64,000 bases of DNA. Source: Laetmonice hystrix. Lineage: Eukaryota. Within the stretch, counting starts at the first letter, position 1; every line of letters begins with the position of its first letter. The notes beneath the pieces are model-generated. The model was not told the DNA's origin and made no database searches. It saw nothing but the letters and a program-made list of their open reading frames with translations. The stretch is from the NCBI GenBank assembly GCA_965235115.1, contig OZ249436.1, forward strand, positions 44,394,001 through 44,458,000, written 5' to 3'. This document shows positions 35,144 through 49,237 of this stretch, piece by piece. The translations under genes were made by a program, and so were the position numbers.

Positions 35144-35820
35144 TTCTCTCTCTCTCTGTCTCTCTCTGGCTTTCTCTCTCTGCAACAACAACAAAAATAC
35201 AAGAAAAATGATTGTAGTTGCCTCAGTATGGTTGGGTGGTGGTGCCTTGGGTGGCCTAATGTGTTTGCTCATGACACCTAGGACCATCGCCTTACACCAC
35301 TGCGGTGCGTGTTCGATCCCCGGCCAGGGCTGCATGTGTGAAAGGTTTTTCAGTCAGTTCCTTCCCGAAGGCAAGGCGTAAAACCCCAAATCTGGCCTTC
35401 AATGCAAATAGCTAGTAACAAACATTTTTGAAAAAAAGAGTTTGATGTTTCTTTAAACTTGCTATCTTATTGCGCATATCTCTACACAAGCATCGTAGGC
35501 CTATAGGCCTAGATATTATGGACTGGTATATCCCACAAACGGTTTATGTGTGAAAGGGTTGTCAGACAGTTGGTCAACCTACTGTCGCCCTCTCTCCCTT
35601 ATCGAGAGATTTTGATAAAGAGTTAAAATTAGGAAATGTAAAGTGTCGGCGATGTAACATAGCTTTCTATCAATATCTCGATGGACCTCACTTCGCTCCA
35701 ACCGAGGACAAAGGACTTATGACGTACTCTACTCCTAATTGATATATTTTGGTTGCATTCAATTATCTTGTCATATTAACATTATTTTTTATATCGTTAA
35801 TAAAAATACAGAACATGTGA

Positions 35821-35892
35821 GGGGGTATAGCTCAGTGGCAGAGCATTCGACTGCAGATCGAGAGGTCACCGGTTCAACTCCGGTTGCCCCCT
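35821..35892 (+). tRNA. tRNA-Cys-GCA: tRNA-Cys(GCA)
   Basis: Identical copy. Confidence 0.97.
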
Positions 35893-36355
35893 GAAGCTTT
35901 TCTCCTTTTTTTGGGGGGGGGGGAACGTTATATTTATTTATAGATAACAATTAAATAGCATATGTGACTCTTCAAGATCAAGACCCAGAAACACGTATTG
36001 ATCAGTGTCTCCATATATGTTTGTAGGTTTGGACTTTGTTGTTCATTATGTGTGCATGAGATAAACATCCAAACCCACAATTTGCCCAGACAAAATATTA
36101 AAAGAATATATTGCAACAACATTCAAATTACTGTATGCCTCCATTTTCCTTCACAATTAGGGCCTAATGTTCCTCTTTATTAATTATACATGGGTCTTCA
36201 TAAATAACATAATCACTTGGTTTGCAAATATTGATAAGGTAAAGCTAAGACCTGAGTCACTTCTGTTGGAAGTCAAAAGATACTTTATACCATCCCAAGC
36301 TCTGCCCCCAAACCTAATAAAAAACTTCCACGCCATCCCGTTCTGCCCTAACCAG

Positions 36356-36427
36356 TCCTCGATAGTATAGTGGTTAGTATCCCCGCCTGTCACGCGGGAG
36401 ACCGGGGTTCAATTCCCCGTCGGGGAG
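36356..36427 (+). tRNA. tRNA-Asp-GTC: tRNA-Asp(GTC)
   Basis: Identical copy. Confidence 0.97.
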
Positions 36428-37106
36428 GATTAATTTTTCTTTTCTCGACTCTTCCACAAGCTGTGACCACGGTGAGGAGGCTATTTGAAAGAAAAAACAG
36501 AAATCTCTTGACTTCCAATAGAAGTGGCCCAGGCAGTCTTAGCTTTACTTCATCAATTTTTGATTTTATACACAGGATGTTTAACAGGAGTTGTTTCTGA
36601 TTTCAATGTTCCTCACAATACAACCAGCGATCCTGTAGCTTACCTAGCAACAGGATCGTTGATACAGTAACAAGTCCTCGATTGTAGTTCGGCGGTTTCC
36701 ACCTGGTGTCAGTGTGGGATAAGGTAGGTTCGCCGTGACTTCCTCGGATGTGGCCCGAGCACACATACACACCATCCCTATCCCCTAACAGATTGACGAC
36801 TTGGTGACTTAGCTTGGAGATGTCATTGGCTGATGTCATGAGAGGCGGGCCACGTCCCAGCTATCCCGGCGATCGCCACGCCCTCTGTAGGAGATAGACG
36901 AGCTTTAATGGAGTTGGCCCCCTGGTGGCCGAGTGCGCCTGGTTGGACCACGTGACGTGGCGATCGAAGCAGAGAGCTTAGAAGTGATCGAAGGGAGCAA
37001 CCTGGGTGAGGAGGTGTGACAGCCCCCCCCCTCCCCCCTGCAGGCTCGACGCAATGGTAGTCCCTTATAAAACCTGCACTGGCTTTACTTTCATTCATAC
37101 ATTTAT

Positions 37107-37193
<87 letters not shown>

Positions 37194-37862
37194 GTCTCTC
37201 TCTCTGGCTTTCTCTCTCTGCAACAACAACAAAAATACAAGAAAAATGATTGTAGTTGCCTCAGTATGGTTGGGTGTTGGTGCCTTGGATGGCTTAATGT
37301 GTTTGCTCATGACACCTAGGACCATCGCCTCACACCACTGCGGTGCGTGTTCGATCCCCGGCCAGGGCTGCATGTGTGAAAGGTTTTTCAGTCAGTTCCT
37401 TCCCGAAGGCAAGGCGTAAAACCCCAAATCTGGCCTTCAATGCAAATAGCTAGTAACAAACATTTTTTGAAAAAAGAGTTTGATGTTTCTTTAAACTTGC
37501 TATCTTATTGCGCATATGCTATCTCTACACAAGCATCGTAGGCCTATAGGCCTAGATATTATGGACTGGTATATCCCACAAACGGTTTATGTGTGAAAGG
37601 GTTGTCACACAGTTGGTCAACCTACTTTCCCCCTCTCTCCCTTATCGAGAGATTTTGATAAAGAGTTAAAATTAGGAGATGTAAAGTGTCGGCGATGTAA
37701 CATAGCTTTCTATCAATATCTCGATGGACCTCACTTCGCTCCAACCGAGGAAAAAGGACTTATGACGTACTCTACTCCTAATTGATATATTTTGGTTGCA
37801 TTCAATTATCTTGTCATATTAACATTATTTTTATATCGTTAATAAAAATACAGAACATGTGA

Positions 37863-37934
37863 GGGGGTATAGCTCAGTGGCAGAGCATTCGACTGCAGAT
37901 CGAGAGGTCACCGGTTCAACTCCGGTTGCCCCCT
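37863..37934 (+). tRNA. tRNA-Cys-GCA: tRNA-Cys(GCA)
   Basis: Identical copy. Confidence 0.97.
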
Positions 37935-38393
37935 GAAACTTTTTCTCCTTTTTGGGGGAAACGTTATATTTATTTATAGATAACAATTAAATAGCATATG
38001 TGACTCTTCAAGATCAAGACCCAGAAACACGTATCAGTGTCTCCATATATGTTTGTAGGTTTGGACTTTGTTGCTCATTATGTGTGCATGAGATAAACAT
38101 CCAAACGCGCAATTTGCCCAGACAAAATATTAAAAGAATATATTGCAACAACATTCAAATTACTGTATGCCTCCATTTTCCTTCACGATTAGGGCCTAAT
38201 GTTCCTCTTTATTAATTATACATGGGTCTTCATAAATTACATAATCACTTGGTTTGCAAATATTGATAAGGTAAAGCTAAAACCTGAGTCACTTCTGTTG
38301 GAAGTCAAAAGATACTTTATAGGCCTACCATCCCAAGCTCTACCCCCAAACCTAATAAAAGAATTCCACACCATCCCGTTTTGCCCTAACCAG

Positions 38394-38465
38394 TCCTCGA
38401 TAGTATAGTGGTTAGTATCCCCGCCTGTCACGCGGGAGACCGGGGTTCAATTCCCCGTCGGGGAG
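38394..38465 (+). tRNA. tRNA-Asp-GTC: tRNA-Asp(GTC), terminator-deleted
   Basis: Intact gene followed by GATTTCTCGA. Confidence 0.95.
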
Positions 38466-39139
38466 GATTTCTCGACTCTTCCACAAGTTGTGACCACGGT
38501 GAGGAGGCTATTTGAAAGAAAAACCAGAAATCTCTTGACTTTCAATAGAAGTGGCCCAGGCAGTCTTAGCTTTACTTCATCAATTATTGACTTTATACAC
38601 AGGATGTTAAAACAAGAGTTGTTTCTTTATCAATGTTCCTCACAATACAACCAGCGATCCTGTAGCTTACCTAGCAACAGGATCGTTGATACAGTAACAA
38701 TTCCTCGATTGTAGTTCGGCGGTTTCCACCTGGTGTCAGTGTGGGATAAGGTAGGTTCGCCGTGACTTCCTCAGATGTGGCCCGAGCACACATACACACC
38801 ATCCCTATCCCCTAACAGATTGACGACTTGGTGACTTAGCTTGGAGATGTCATTGGCTGATGTCATGAGAGGCGGGCCACGTCCCAGCTATCCCGGCGAT
38901 CGCCACGCCCTCTGTAGGAGATAGACGAGCTTTAATGGAGTTGGCCCCCTGGTGGCCGAGTGCGCCTGGTTGGACCACGTGATATCAACGTGGCGATCGA
39001 AGCAGAGAGCTTAGAAGTGATCGAAGGGAGCAACCTGGGTGAGGAGGTGTGACAGCCCCCCCCCCCCCCCCTGAAGGCTTGACGGAATGGTAGTCCCTTA
39101 TAAAACCTGCACTGGCTACACTTTCATTCATACATTTAT

Positions 39140-39174
<35 letters not shown>

Positions 39175-39851
39175 TTCTCTCTCTCTCTGTCTCTCTCTGG
39201 CTTTCTCTCTCTGCAACAACAACAAAAATACAAGAAAAATGATTGTAGTTGCCTCAGTATGGTTGGGTGGTGGTGCCTTGGGTGGCCTAATGTGTTTGCT
39301 CATGACACCTAGGACCATCGCCTTACACCACTGCGGTGCGTGTTCGATCCCCGGCCAGGGCTGCATGTGTGAAAGGTTTTTCAGTCAGTTCCTTCCCGAA
39401 GGCAAGGCGTAAAACCCCAAATCTGGCCTTCAATGCAAATAGCTAGTAACAAACATTTTTGAAAAAAAGAGTTTGATGTTTCTTTAAACTTGCTATCTTA
39501 TTGCGCATATCTCTACACAAGCATCGTAGGCCTATAGGCCTAGATATTATGGACTGGTATATCCCACAAACGGTTTATGTGTGAAAGGGTTGTCAGACAG
39601 TTGGTCAACCTACTGTCGCCCTCTCTCCCTTATCGAGAGATTTTGATAAAGAGTTAAAATTAGGAAATGTAAAGTGTCGGCGATGTAACATAGCTTTCTA
39701 TCAATATCTCGATGGACCTCACTTCGCTCCAACCGAGGACAAAGGACTTATGACGTACTCTACTCCTAATTGATATATTTTGGTTGCATTCAATTATCTT
39801 GTCATATTAACATTATTTTTTATATCGTTAATAAAAATACAGAACATGTGA

Positions 39852-39923
39852 GGGGGTATAGCTCAGTGGCAGAGCATTCGACTGCAGATCGAGAGGTCAC
39901 CGGTTCAACTCCGGTTGCCCCCT
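39852..39923 (+). tRNA. tRNA-Cys-GCA: tRNA-Cys(GCA)
   Basis: Identical copy. Confidence 0.97.
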
Positions 39924-40386
39924 GAAGCTTTTCTCCTTTTTTTTGGGGGGGGGGAACGTTATATTTATTTATAGATAACAATTAAATAGCATATGTGACT
40001 CTTCAAGATCAAGACCCAGAAACACGTATTGATCAGTGTCTCCATATATGTTTGTAGGTTTGGACTTTGTTGTTCATTATGTGTGCATGAGATAAACATC
40101 CAAACCCACAATTTGCCCAGACAAAATATTAAAAGAATATATTGCAACAACATTCAAATTACTGTATGCCTCCATTTTCCTTCACAATTAGGGCCTAATG
40201 TTCCTCTTTATTAATTATACATGGGTCTTCATAAATAACATAATCACTTGGTTTGCAAATATTGATAAGGTAAAGCTAAGACCTGAGTCACTTCTGTTGG
40301 AAGTCAAAAGATACTTTATACCATCCCAAGCTCTGCCCCCAAACCTAATAAAAAACTTCCACGCCATCCCGTTCTGCCCTAACCAG

Positions 40387-40458
40387 TCCTCGATAGTATA
40401 GTGGTTAGTATCCCCGCCTGTCACGCGGGAGACCGGGGTTCAATTCCCCGTCGGGGAG
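40387..40458 (+). tRNA. tRNA-Asp-GTC: tRNA-Asp(GTC)
   Basis: Identical copy. Confidence 0.97.
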
Positions 40459-41134
40459 GATTAATTTTTCTTTTCTCGACTCTTCCACAAGCTGTGACCA
40501 CGGTGAGGAGGCTATTTGAAAGAAAAAACAGAAATCTCTTGACTTCCAATAGAAGTGGCCCAGGCAGTCTTAGCTTTACTTCATCAATTTTTGATTTTAT
40601 ACACAGGATGTTTAACAGGAGTTGTTTCTGATTTCAATGTTCCTCACAATACAACCAGCGATCCTGTAGCTTACCTAGCAACAGGATCGTTGATACAGTA
40701 ACAAGTCCTCGATTGTAGTTCGGCGGTTTCCACCTGGTGTCAGTGTGGGATAAGGTAGGTTCGCCGTGACTTCCTCGGATGTGGCCCGAGCACACATACA
40801 CACCATCCCTATCCCCTAACAGATTGACGACTTGGTGACTTAGCTTGGAGATGTCATTGGCTGATGTCATGAGAGGCGGGCCACGTCCCAGCTATCCCGG
40901 CGATCGCCACGCCCTCTGTAGGAGATAGACGAGCTTTAATGGAGTTGGCCCCCTGGTGGCCGAGTGCGCCTGGTTGGACCACGTGACGTGGCGATCGAAG
41001 CAGAGAGCTTAGAAGTGATCGAAGGGAGCAACCTGGGTGAGGAGGTGTGACAGCCCCCCCCCCCCCTGCAGGCTCGACGCAATGGTAGTCCCTTATAAAA
41101 CCTGCACTGGCTTTACTTTCATTCATACATTTAT

Positions 41135-41217
<83 letters not shown>

Positions 41218-41886
41218 GTCTCTCTCTCTGGCTTTCTCTCTCTGCAACAACAACAAAAATACAAGAAAAATGATTGTAGTTGCCTCAGTATGGTTGGGTG
41301 TTGGTGCCTTGGATGGCTTAATGTGTTTGCTCATGACACCTAGGACCATCGCCTCACACCACTGCGGTGCGTGTTCGATCCCCGGCCAGGGCTGCATGTG
41401 TGAAAGGTTTTTCAGTCAGTTCCTTCCCGAAGGCAAGGCGTAAAACCCCAAATCTGGCCTTCAATGCAAATAGCTAGTAACAAACATTTTTTGAAAAAAG
41501 AGTTTGATGTTTCTTTAAACTTGCTATCTTATTGCGCATATGCTATCTCTACACAAGCATCGTAGGCCTATAGGCCTAGATATTATGGACTGGTATATCC
41601 CACAAACGGTTTATGTGTGAAAGGGTTGTCACACAGTTGGTCAACCTACTTTCCCCCTCTCTCCCTTATCGAGAGATTTTGATAAAGAGTTAAAATTAGG
41701 AGATGTAAAGTGTCGGCGATGTAACATAGCTTTCTATCAATATCTCGATGGACCTCACTTCGCTCCAACCGAGGAAAAAGGACTTATGACGTACTCTACT
41801 CCTAATTGATATATTTTGGTTGCATTCAATTATCTTGTCATATTAACATTATTTTTATATCGTTAATAAAAATACAGAACATGTGA

Positions 41887-41958
41887 GGGGGTATAGCTCA
41901 GTGGCAGAGCATTCGACTGCAGATCGAGAGGTCACCGGTTCAACTCCGGTTGCCCCCT
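41887..41958 (+). tRNA. tRNA-Cys-GCA: tRNA-Cys(GCA)
   Basis: Identical copy. Confidence 0.97.
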
Positions 41959-42417
41959 GAAACTTTTTCTCCTTTTTGGGGGAAACGTTATATTTATTTA
42001 TAGATAACAATTAAATAGCATATGTGACTCTTCAAGATCAAGACCCAGAAACACGTATCAGTGTCTCCATATATGTTTGTAGGTTTGGACTTTGTTGCTC
42101 ATTATGTGTGCATGAGATAAACATCCAAACGCGCAATTTGCCCAGACAAAATATTAAAAGAATATATTGCAACAACATTCAAATTACTGTATGCCTCCAT
42201 TTTCCTTCACGATTAGGGCCTAATGTTCCTCTTTATTAATTATACATGGGTCTTCATAAATTACATAATCACTTGGTTTGCAAATATTGATAAGGTAAAG
42301 CTAAAACCTGAGTCACTTCTGTTGGAAGTCAAAAGATACTTTATAGGCCTACCATCCCAAGCTCTGCCCCCAAACCTAATAAAAAAATTCCACGCCATCC
42401 CGTTCTGCCCTAACCAG

Positions 42418-42489
42418 TCCTCGATAGTATAGTGGTTAGTATCCCCGCCTGTCACGCGGGAGACCGGGGTTCAATTCCCCGTCGGGGAG
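42418..42489 (+). tRNA. tRNA-Asp-GTC: tRNA-Asp(GTC)
   Basis: Identical copy. Confidence 0.97.
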
Positions 42490-43205
42490 GATTAATTTTT
42501 CTTTTCTCGACTCTTCCACAAGTTGTGACCACGGTGAGGAGGCTATTTGAAAGAAAAACCAGAAATCTCTTGACTTCCAATAGAAGTGGCCCAGGTAGTC
42601 TTAGCTTTACTTCATCAATTATTGACTTTATACACAGGATGTTTAATAAGAGTTGTTTCTTATTTCAATGTTCCTCACAATACAACGACCGATCCTGGAG
42701 CTTACCTAGCAACAGGATCGTTGATACAGTAACAAGTCCTCGATTGTAGTTCGGCGGTTTCCACCTGGTGTCAGTGTGGGATAAGGTAGGTTCGCCGTGA
42801 CTTCCTCAGATGTCGCCCGAGCACACATACACACCATCCCTATCCCCTAACAGATTGACGACTTGGTGACTTAGCTTGGAGATGGCATACGCTGATGTCA
42901 TGAGAGGCGGGCCACGTCCCAGCTATCCCGGCGATCGGCACGCCCTCTGTAGGAGATAGACGAGCTTTAATGGAGTTGGCCCCCTGGTGGCCGAGTGCGC
43001 CTGGTTGGACCACGTGATATCAACGTGGCGATCGAAGCAGAGAGCTTAGAAGTGATCGAAGGGAGCAACCTGGGTGAGGAGGTGTGACAGCTCCCCCCCC
43101 CCCCCTGCAGGCTCGACGGAATGGTAGTCCCTTAAAAAACCTGCACTGGCTTCACTTTCAATCATTCATACATTCACTCTCTCTCTATCTCTCTCTCTCT
43201 CTATC

Positions 43206-43246
<41 letters not shown>

Positions 43247-43303
43247 GGATTTCTCTCTCTCTCTGACTGAGTCTCAGTCTCTCTCTCTGTCTCTCTCTCT
43301 CTC

Positions 43304-43356
<53 letters not shown>

Positions 43357-43471
43357 CTTTCTCTCTCCAACAACAACAGAAATACAAGAAAAATGATTGT
43401 AGTTGCCTCAGTATGGTTGGGTGGTGGTGCCTTGGGTGGCCTAATGTGTTTGCTCATGACACCTTGGACCA

Positions 43472-44075
43472 CATTCGGGACTCCCTCGGGCATATGACGT
43501 CACTTCCTGCTATTCGAATATACCCTCGGGTGGAATAGCGGCCATGTTTGGCAACCAGATACACCGCCAAATGGAGGTGTGTAGCGAGGCACTGAGTGAA
43601 CCGTCATATCCCATCGAGCCAGGAAGTAGTGCATTATTGACACCCGCTCCTTCGGCGTTGTATGTGCAAATATAAATTTCTGGTATGAAGGGGAACGTTT
43701 GAAGAAGAAAAATGAATCACCCAATTTACCTAAATGGGCGTCAATACGGTAATTTATTAAATTCTGGGAAGCAATATGGCCGCGCCCATGTACGACACGC
43801 GTACGACACTGGCCCGACACATGGTAGGACTACTTGTAATCATGTTGTAATTTAAGTTGTATCATGACATGATACTATTGTAATATTTCCCACTGACTTC
43901 GGGGAAAGCATTGTAGGCCTATTTTAGTTGCTTCCATGCCTGAGACAGACAAAATACTGCAAGCACTGCCATGCTGTCGAGAGTCCCGGCTAAATGTACC
44001 CGAGATGCAATGCTCAAAATGGCACCTGTTTCACCCGAGGCTACTTTCGAAGATATGGCCGAGGATTCCCGAATG
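43472..44075. mobile_element. 604-bp MITE with 9-bp TSD
   Basis: CTTGGACCA at 43463-43471 and 44076-44084; TIRs CATTCGGGACTCCCTCGGGCATAT / ATATGGCCGAGGATTCCCGAATG with further subterminal inverted similarity; empty site visible in other units. Confidence 0.9.
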
Positions 44076-44612
44076 CTTGGACCATAGCCTCACACCACTG
44101 CGGTGCGTGTTCGATCCCCGGCAGGGCTGCACGTGTGAAAGGTTTTTCAGTGAGTTCCTTCCCGAAGGCAAGGCGTAAAACCCCAAATCTGGCCTTCAAT
44201 GCAAATAGCTAGTAACAAACATTTTTGAAAAAAAAGAGTTTGATGTTTCTTTAAACTTGCTATCTTATTGCGCATATCTGTACACAAGCATCGTAGGCCT
44301 ATAGGCCTAGATATTATGGACTGGTATATCCCACAAACGGTTTATGTGTGAAAGGGTTGTCAGACAGTTGGTCAACCTACTGTCCCCCTCTCTCCCTTAT
44401 CGAGAGATTTTGATAAAGAGTTAAAATTAGGAAATGTAAAGTGTCGGCGATGTAACATAGCTTTCTATCAATATCTCGATGGACCTCACTTCGCTCCAAC
44501 CGAGGACAAAGGACTTATGACGTACTCTACTCCTAATTGATATATTTTGGTTACATTCAATTATCTATTAACATTATTTTTTATATCGTTAATAAAAATA
44601 CAGATCCTGTGA

Positions 44613-44684
44613 GGGGGTATAGCTCAGTGGCAGAGCATTCGACTGCAGATCGAGAGGTCACCGGTTCACCTCCGGTTGCCCCCT
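44613..44684 (+). tRNA. tRNA-Cys-GCA: tRNA-Cys(GCA), A58C T-loop/B-box variant
   Basis: GGTTCACCTCC instead of GGTTCAACTCC (position 44669); likely impaired. Confidence 0.85.
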
Positions 44685-45137
44685 GAAGCTTTTCTCCTTT
44701 TTGGGGGGAAACGTTATATTTATTTATAGATAACAATTAAATAGCATATGTGACTCTTCAAGATCAAGACCCAGAAACACGTATCAGTGTCTCCATATAT
44801 GTTTGTAGATTTGGACTTTGTTGCTCATTATGTGTGCATGAGATAAACATCCAAACCCGCAATTTGCCCAGACAAAATATTAAAAGAATATATTGCAACA
44901 ACATTCAAATTACTGTATGCCTCCATTTTCCTTCACAATTAGGGCCTAATGTTCCTCTTTATTAATTATACATGGGTCTTAATAAATAACATAATCACTT
45001 GGTTTGCAAATATTGATAAGGTAAAGCTAAGACCTGAGTCATTTCTGTTGGAAGTCAAAAGATACTTTATACCATCCCAAGCTCTGCCCCCAAACCTAAT
45101 AAAAAAATTCCACGCCATCCCGTTCTGCCCTAACCAG

Positions 45138-45209
45138 TCCTCGATAGTATAGTGGTTAGTATCCCCGCCTGTCACGCGGGAGACCGGGGTTCAATTCCCC
45201 GTCGGGGAG
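45138..45209 (+). tRNA. tRNA-Asp-GTC: tRNA-Asp(GTC)
   Basis: Identical copy. Confidence 0.97.
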
Positions 45210-46620
45210 GATTTATTTTTCTTTTCTCGACTCTTCCACAAGTTGTGACCACGGTGAGGAGGCTATTTGAAAGAAAAACCAGAAATCTCTTGACTTCCAA
45301 TAGAAGTGGCCCATGCAGTCTTAGCTTTACTTCATCAATTATTGACTTTATACACAGGATGTTTAACAATCTTGAGTTGTTTCTTATTTCAATGTTCCTC
45401 ACAATACAACGAGCGATCCTGTAGCTTAGCCTACCTAGCAACAGGATCGTTGATGCAGTAACAATTCCTCGATTGTAGTTCGGCGGTTTTCACCTGGTGT
45501 CAGTGTGGGATAAGGTAGGTTCGCCGTGACTTCCTCAGATGTGGCCCGAGCACACATACACACCATCCCTATCCCCTAACAGATTGACGACTTGGTGACT
45601 TAGCTTGGAGATGTCATAGGCTGATGTCATGAGAGGCGGGCCACGTCCCAGCTATCCCGGCGATCGCCACGCCCTCTGTAGGAGATAGACGAGCTTTAAT
45701 GGAGTTGGCCCCCTGGTGGCCGAGTGCGCCTGGTTGGACCACGTGATATCAACGTGGCGATCGAAGCAGAGAGCTTAGAAGTGATCGAAAGGAGCAACCT
45801 GGGTGAGGAGGTGTGACAGCCCCCCCCCCCCCCCCTGAAGGCTTGACGGAATGGTAGTCGTTTATTAAACCTGCACTGGCTTCACTTTCATTCATACATT
45901 TATTCTCTCTCTCTCTATCTCTATCTCTCGCTCTCTATCTCTTTCTCTCTCTCTGTCTCTCTCTCTCTGGCTTTCTCTCTCTGCAACAACAACAAAAATA
46001 CAAGAAAAATGATTGTAGTTGCCTCAGTATGGTTGGGTGGTGGTGCCTTGGGTGGCCTAATGTGTTTGCTCATGACACCTAGGACATCGCCTCACACCAC
46101 TGCGGTGCGTGTTCGATCCCCGGCCAGGGCTGCATGTGTGAAAGGTTTTTCAGTCAGTTCCTTCCCGAAGGCAAGGCGTAAAACCCCAAATCTGGCCTTC
46201 AATGCAAATAGCTAGTAACAAACATTTTTGAAAAAAAGAGTTTGATGTTTCTTTAAACTTGCTATCTTATTGCGCATATCTCTACACAAGCATCGTAGGC
46301 CTATAGGCCTAGATATTATGGACTGGTATATCCCACAAACGGTTTATGTGTGAAAGGGTTGTCAGACAGTTGGTCAACCTACTGTCGCCCTCTCTCCCTT
46401 ATCGAGAGATTTTGATAAAGAGTTAAAATTAGGAAATGTAAAGTGTCGGTGATGTAACATAGCTTTCTATCAATATCTCGATGGACCTCACTTCGCTCCA
46501 ACCGAGGACAAAGGACTTATGACGTACTCTACTCCTAATTGATATATTTTGGTTGCATTCAATTATCTTGTCATATTAACATTATTTTTTATATCGTTAA
46601 TAATAATACATAACATGTGA

Positions 46621-46692
46621 GGGGGTATAGCTCAGTGGCAGAGCATTCGACTGCAGATCGAGAGGTCACCGGTTCAACTCCGGTTGCCCCCT
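46621..46692 (+). tRNA. tRNA-Cys-GCA: tRNA-Cys(GCA)
   Basis: Identical copy. Confidence 0.97.
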
Positions 46693-47156
46693 GAAGCTTT
46701 TCTCCTTTTTTTTGGGGGGGGGGGACGTTATATTTATTTATAGATAACAATTAAATAGCATATGTGACTCTTCAAGATCAAGACCCAGAAACACGTATTG
46801 ATCAGTGTCTCCATATATGTTTGTAGGTTTGGACTTTGTTGTTCATTATGTGTGCATGAGATAAACATCCAAACCCGCAATTTGCCCAGACAAAATATTA
46901 AAAGAATATATTGCAACAACATTCAAATTACTGTATGCCTCCATTTTCCTTCACAATTAGGGCCTAATGTTCCTCTTTATTAATTATACATGGGTCTTCA
47001 TAAATAACATAATCACTTGGTTTGCAAATATTGATAAGGTAAAGCTAAGACCTGAGTCACTTCTGTTGGAAGTCAAAAGATACTTTATACCATCCCAAGC
47101 TCTGCCCCAAAACCTAATAAAAGAAATTCCACGCCATCCCGTTTTGCCCTAACCAG

Positions 47157-47228
47157 TCCTCGATAGTATAGTGGTTAGTATCCCCGCCTGTCACGGGGGA
47201 GACCGGGGTTCAATTCCCCGTCGGGGAG
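47157..47228 (+). tRNA. tRNA-Asp-GTC: tRNA-Asp(GTC), anticodon-stem variant, terminator-deleted
   Basis: TCACGGGGGA instead of TCACGCGGGA (47196) creates a G:G mismatch; followed by GATTTCTCGA. Confidence 0.85.
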
Positions 47229-47897
47229 GATTTCTCGACTCTTCCACAAGTTGTGACCACGGTGAGGAGGCTATTTGAAAGAAAAACCAGAAATCTCTTG
47301 ACTTCCAATAGAAGTGGCCCAGGTAGTCTTAGCTTTACTTCATCAATTATTGACTTTATACACAGGATGTTTAACAAGAGTTGTTTCTTATTTCAATGTT
47401 CCTCACAATACAACCAGCGATCCTGTAGCTTACCTAGCAACAGGATCGTTGATACAGTAACAAGTCCTCGATTGTAGTTCGGCGGTTTCCACCTGGTGTC
47501 AGTGTGGTATAAGGTAGGTTCGCCGTGACTTCCTCAGATGTGGCCCGAGCACACATACACACCATACCTATCCCCTAACAGATTGACGACTTGGTGACTT
47601 AGCTTGGAGATGTCATAGGCTGATGTCATGAGAGGCGGGCCACGTCCCAGCTATCCCGGCGATCGCCACGCCCTCTGTAGGAGATAGACGAGCTTTAATG
47701 GAGTTGGCCCCCTGGTGGCCGAGTGCGCCTGGTTGGACCACGTGATATCAACGTGGCAATCGAAGCAGAGAGCTTAGAAGTGATCGAAGGGAGCAACCTG
47801 GGTGAGGAGGTGTGACAGCCCCCCCCCCCCCCTGAAGGCTTGATGCAATGGTAGTCCCTTATAAAACCTGCACTGGCTTCACTTTCATTCATACATT

Positions 47898-47942
<45 letters not shown>

Positions 47943-48636
47943 GCTCTGTCTCGGCTCTTTCTCTCTCTCTGTCTCTCTCTCTGGCTTTCTCTCTCTGCAA
48001 CAACAACAAAAATACAAGAAAAATGATTGTAGTTGCCTCAGTATGGTTGGGTGGTGGTGCCTTGGGTGGCCTAATGTGTTTGCTCATGACACCTAGGACC
48101 ATCGCCTCACACCACTGCGGTGCGTGTTCGATCCCCGGCCAGGGCTGCATGTGTGAAAGGTTTTTCAGTCAGTTCCTTCCCGAAGGCAAGGCGTAAAACC
48201 CCAAATCTGGCCTTCAATGCAAATAACTAGTAACAAACATTTTTTGAAAAAAAGAGTTTGATGTTTCTTTAAACTTGCTATCTTATTGCCCATATCTCTA
48301 CACAAGCATCGTAGGCCTATAGGCCTAGATATTATGGACTGGTATATCCCACAAACGGTTTATGTGTGAAAGGGTTGTCAGACAGTTGGTCAACCTACTG
48401 TCCCCCTCTCTCCCTTATCGAGAGATTTTGATAAAGAGTTAAAATTAGGAAATGTAAAGTGTCGGCGATGTAACATAGCTTTCTATCAATATCTCGATGG
48501 ACCTCACTTCGCTCCAACCGAGGACAAAGGACTTATGACGTACTCTACTCCTAATTGATATATTTTGGTTGCATTCAATTATCTTGTCATATTAACATTA
48601 TTTTTTATATCGTTAATAAAAATACAGAACATGTGA

Positions 48637-48708
48637 GGGGGTATAGCTCAGTGGCAGAGCATTCGACTGCAGATCGAGAGGTCACCGGTTCAACTCCGGT
48701 TGCCCCCT
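48637..48708 (+). tRNA. tRNA-Cys-GCA: tRNA-Cys(GCA)
   Basis: Identical copy. Confidence 0.97.
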
Positions 48709-49165
48709 GAAGCTTTTCTCCTTTTTGGGGGGAAACGTTATATTTATTTATAGATAACAATTAAATAGCATATGTGACTCTTCAAGATCAAGACCCAGAA
48801 ACACGTATTGATCAGTGTCTCCATATATGTTTGTAGGTTTGGACTTTGTTGCTCATTATGTGTGCATGAGATAAACATCCAAACCCGCAATTTGCCCAGA
48901 AAAAATATTAAAAGAATATATTGCAACAACATTCAAATTACTGTATGCCTCCATTTTCCTTCACAATTAGGGCCTAATGTTCCTCTTTATTAATTATACA
49001 TGGGTCTTCATAAATAACATAATCACTTGGTTTGCAAATATTGATAAGGTAAAGCTAAGACCTGAGTCACTTCTGTTGGAAGTCAAAAGATACTTTATAC
49101 CATCCCAAGCTCTGCCCCCAAACCTAATAAAAAAATTCCACGCCATCCCGCTCTCCCGTATCCAG

Positions 49166-49237
49166 TCCTCGATAGTATAGTGGTTAGTATCCCCGCCTGT
49201 CACGCGGGAGACCGGGGTTCAATTCCCCGTCGGGGAG
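49166..49237 (+). tRNA. tRNA-Asp-GTC: tRNA-Asp(GTC)
   Basis: Identical copy. Confidence 0.97.
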
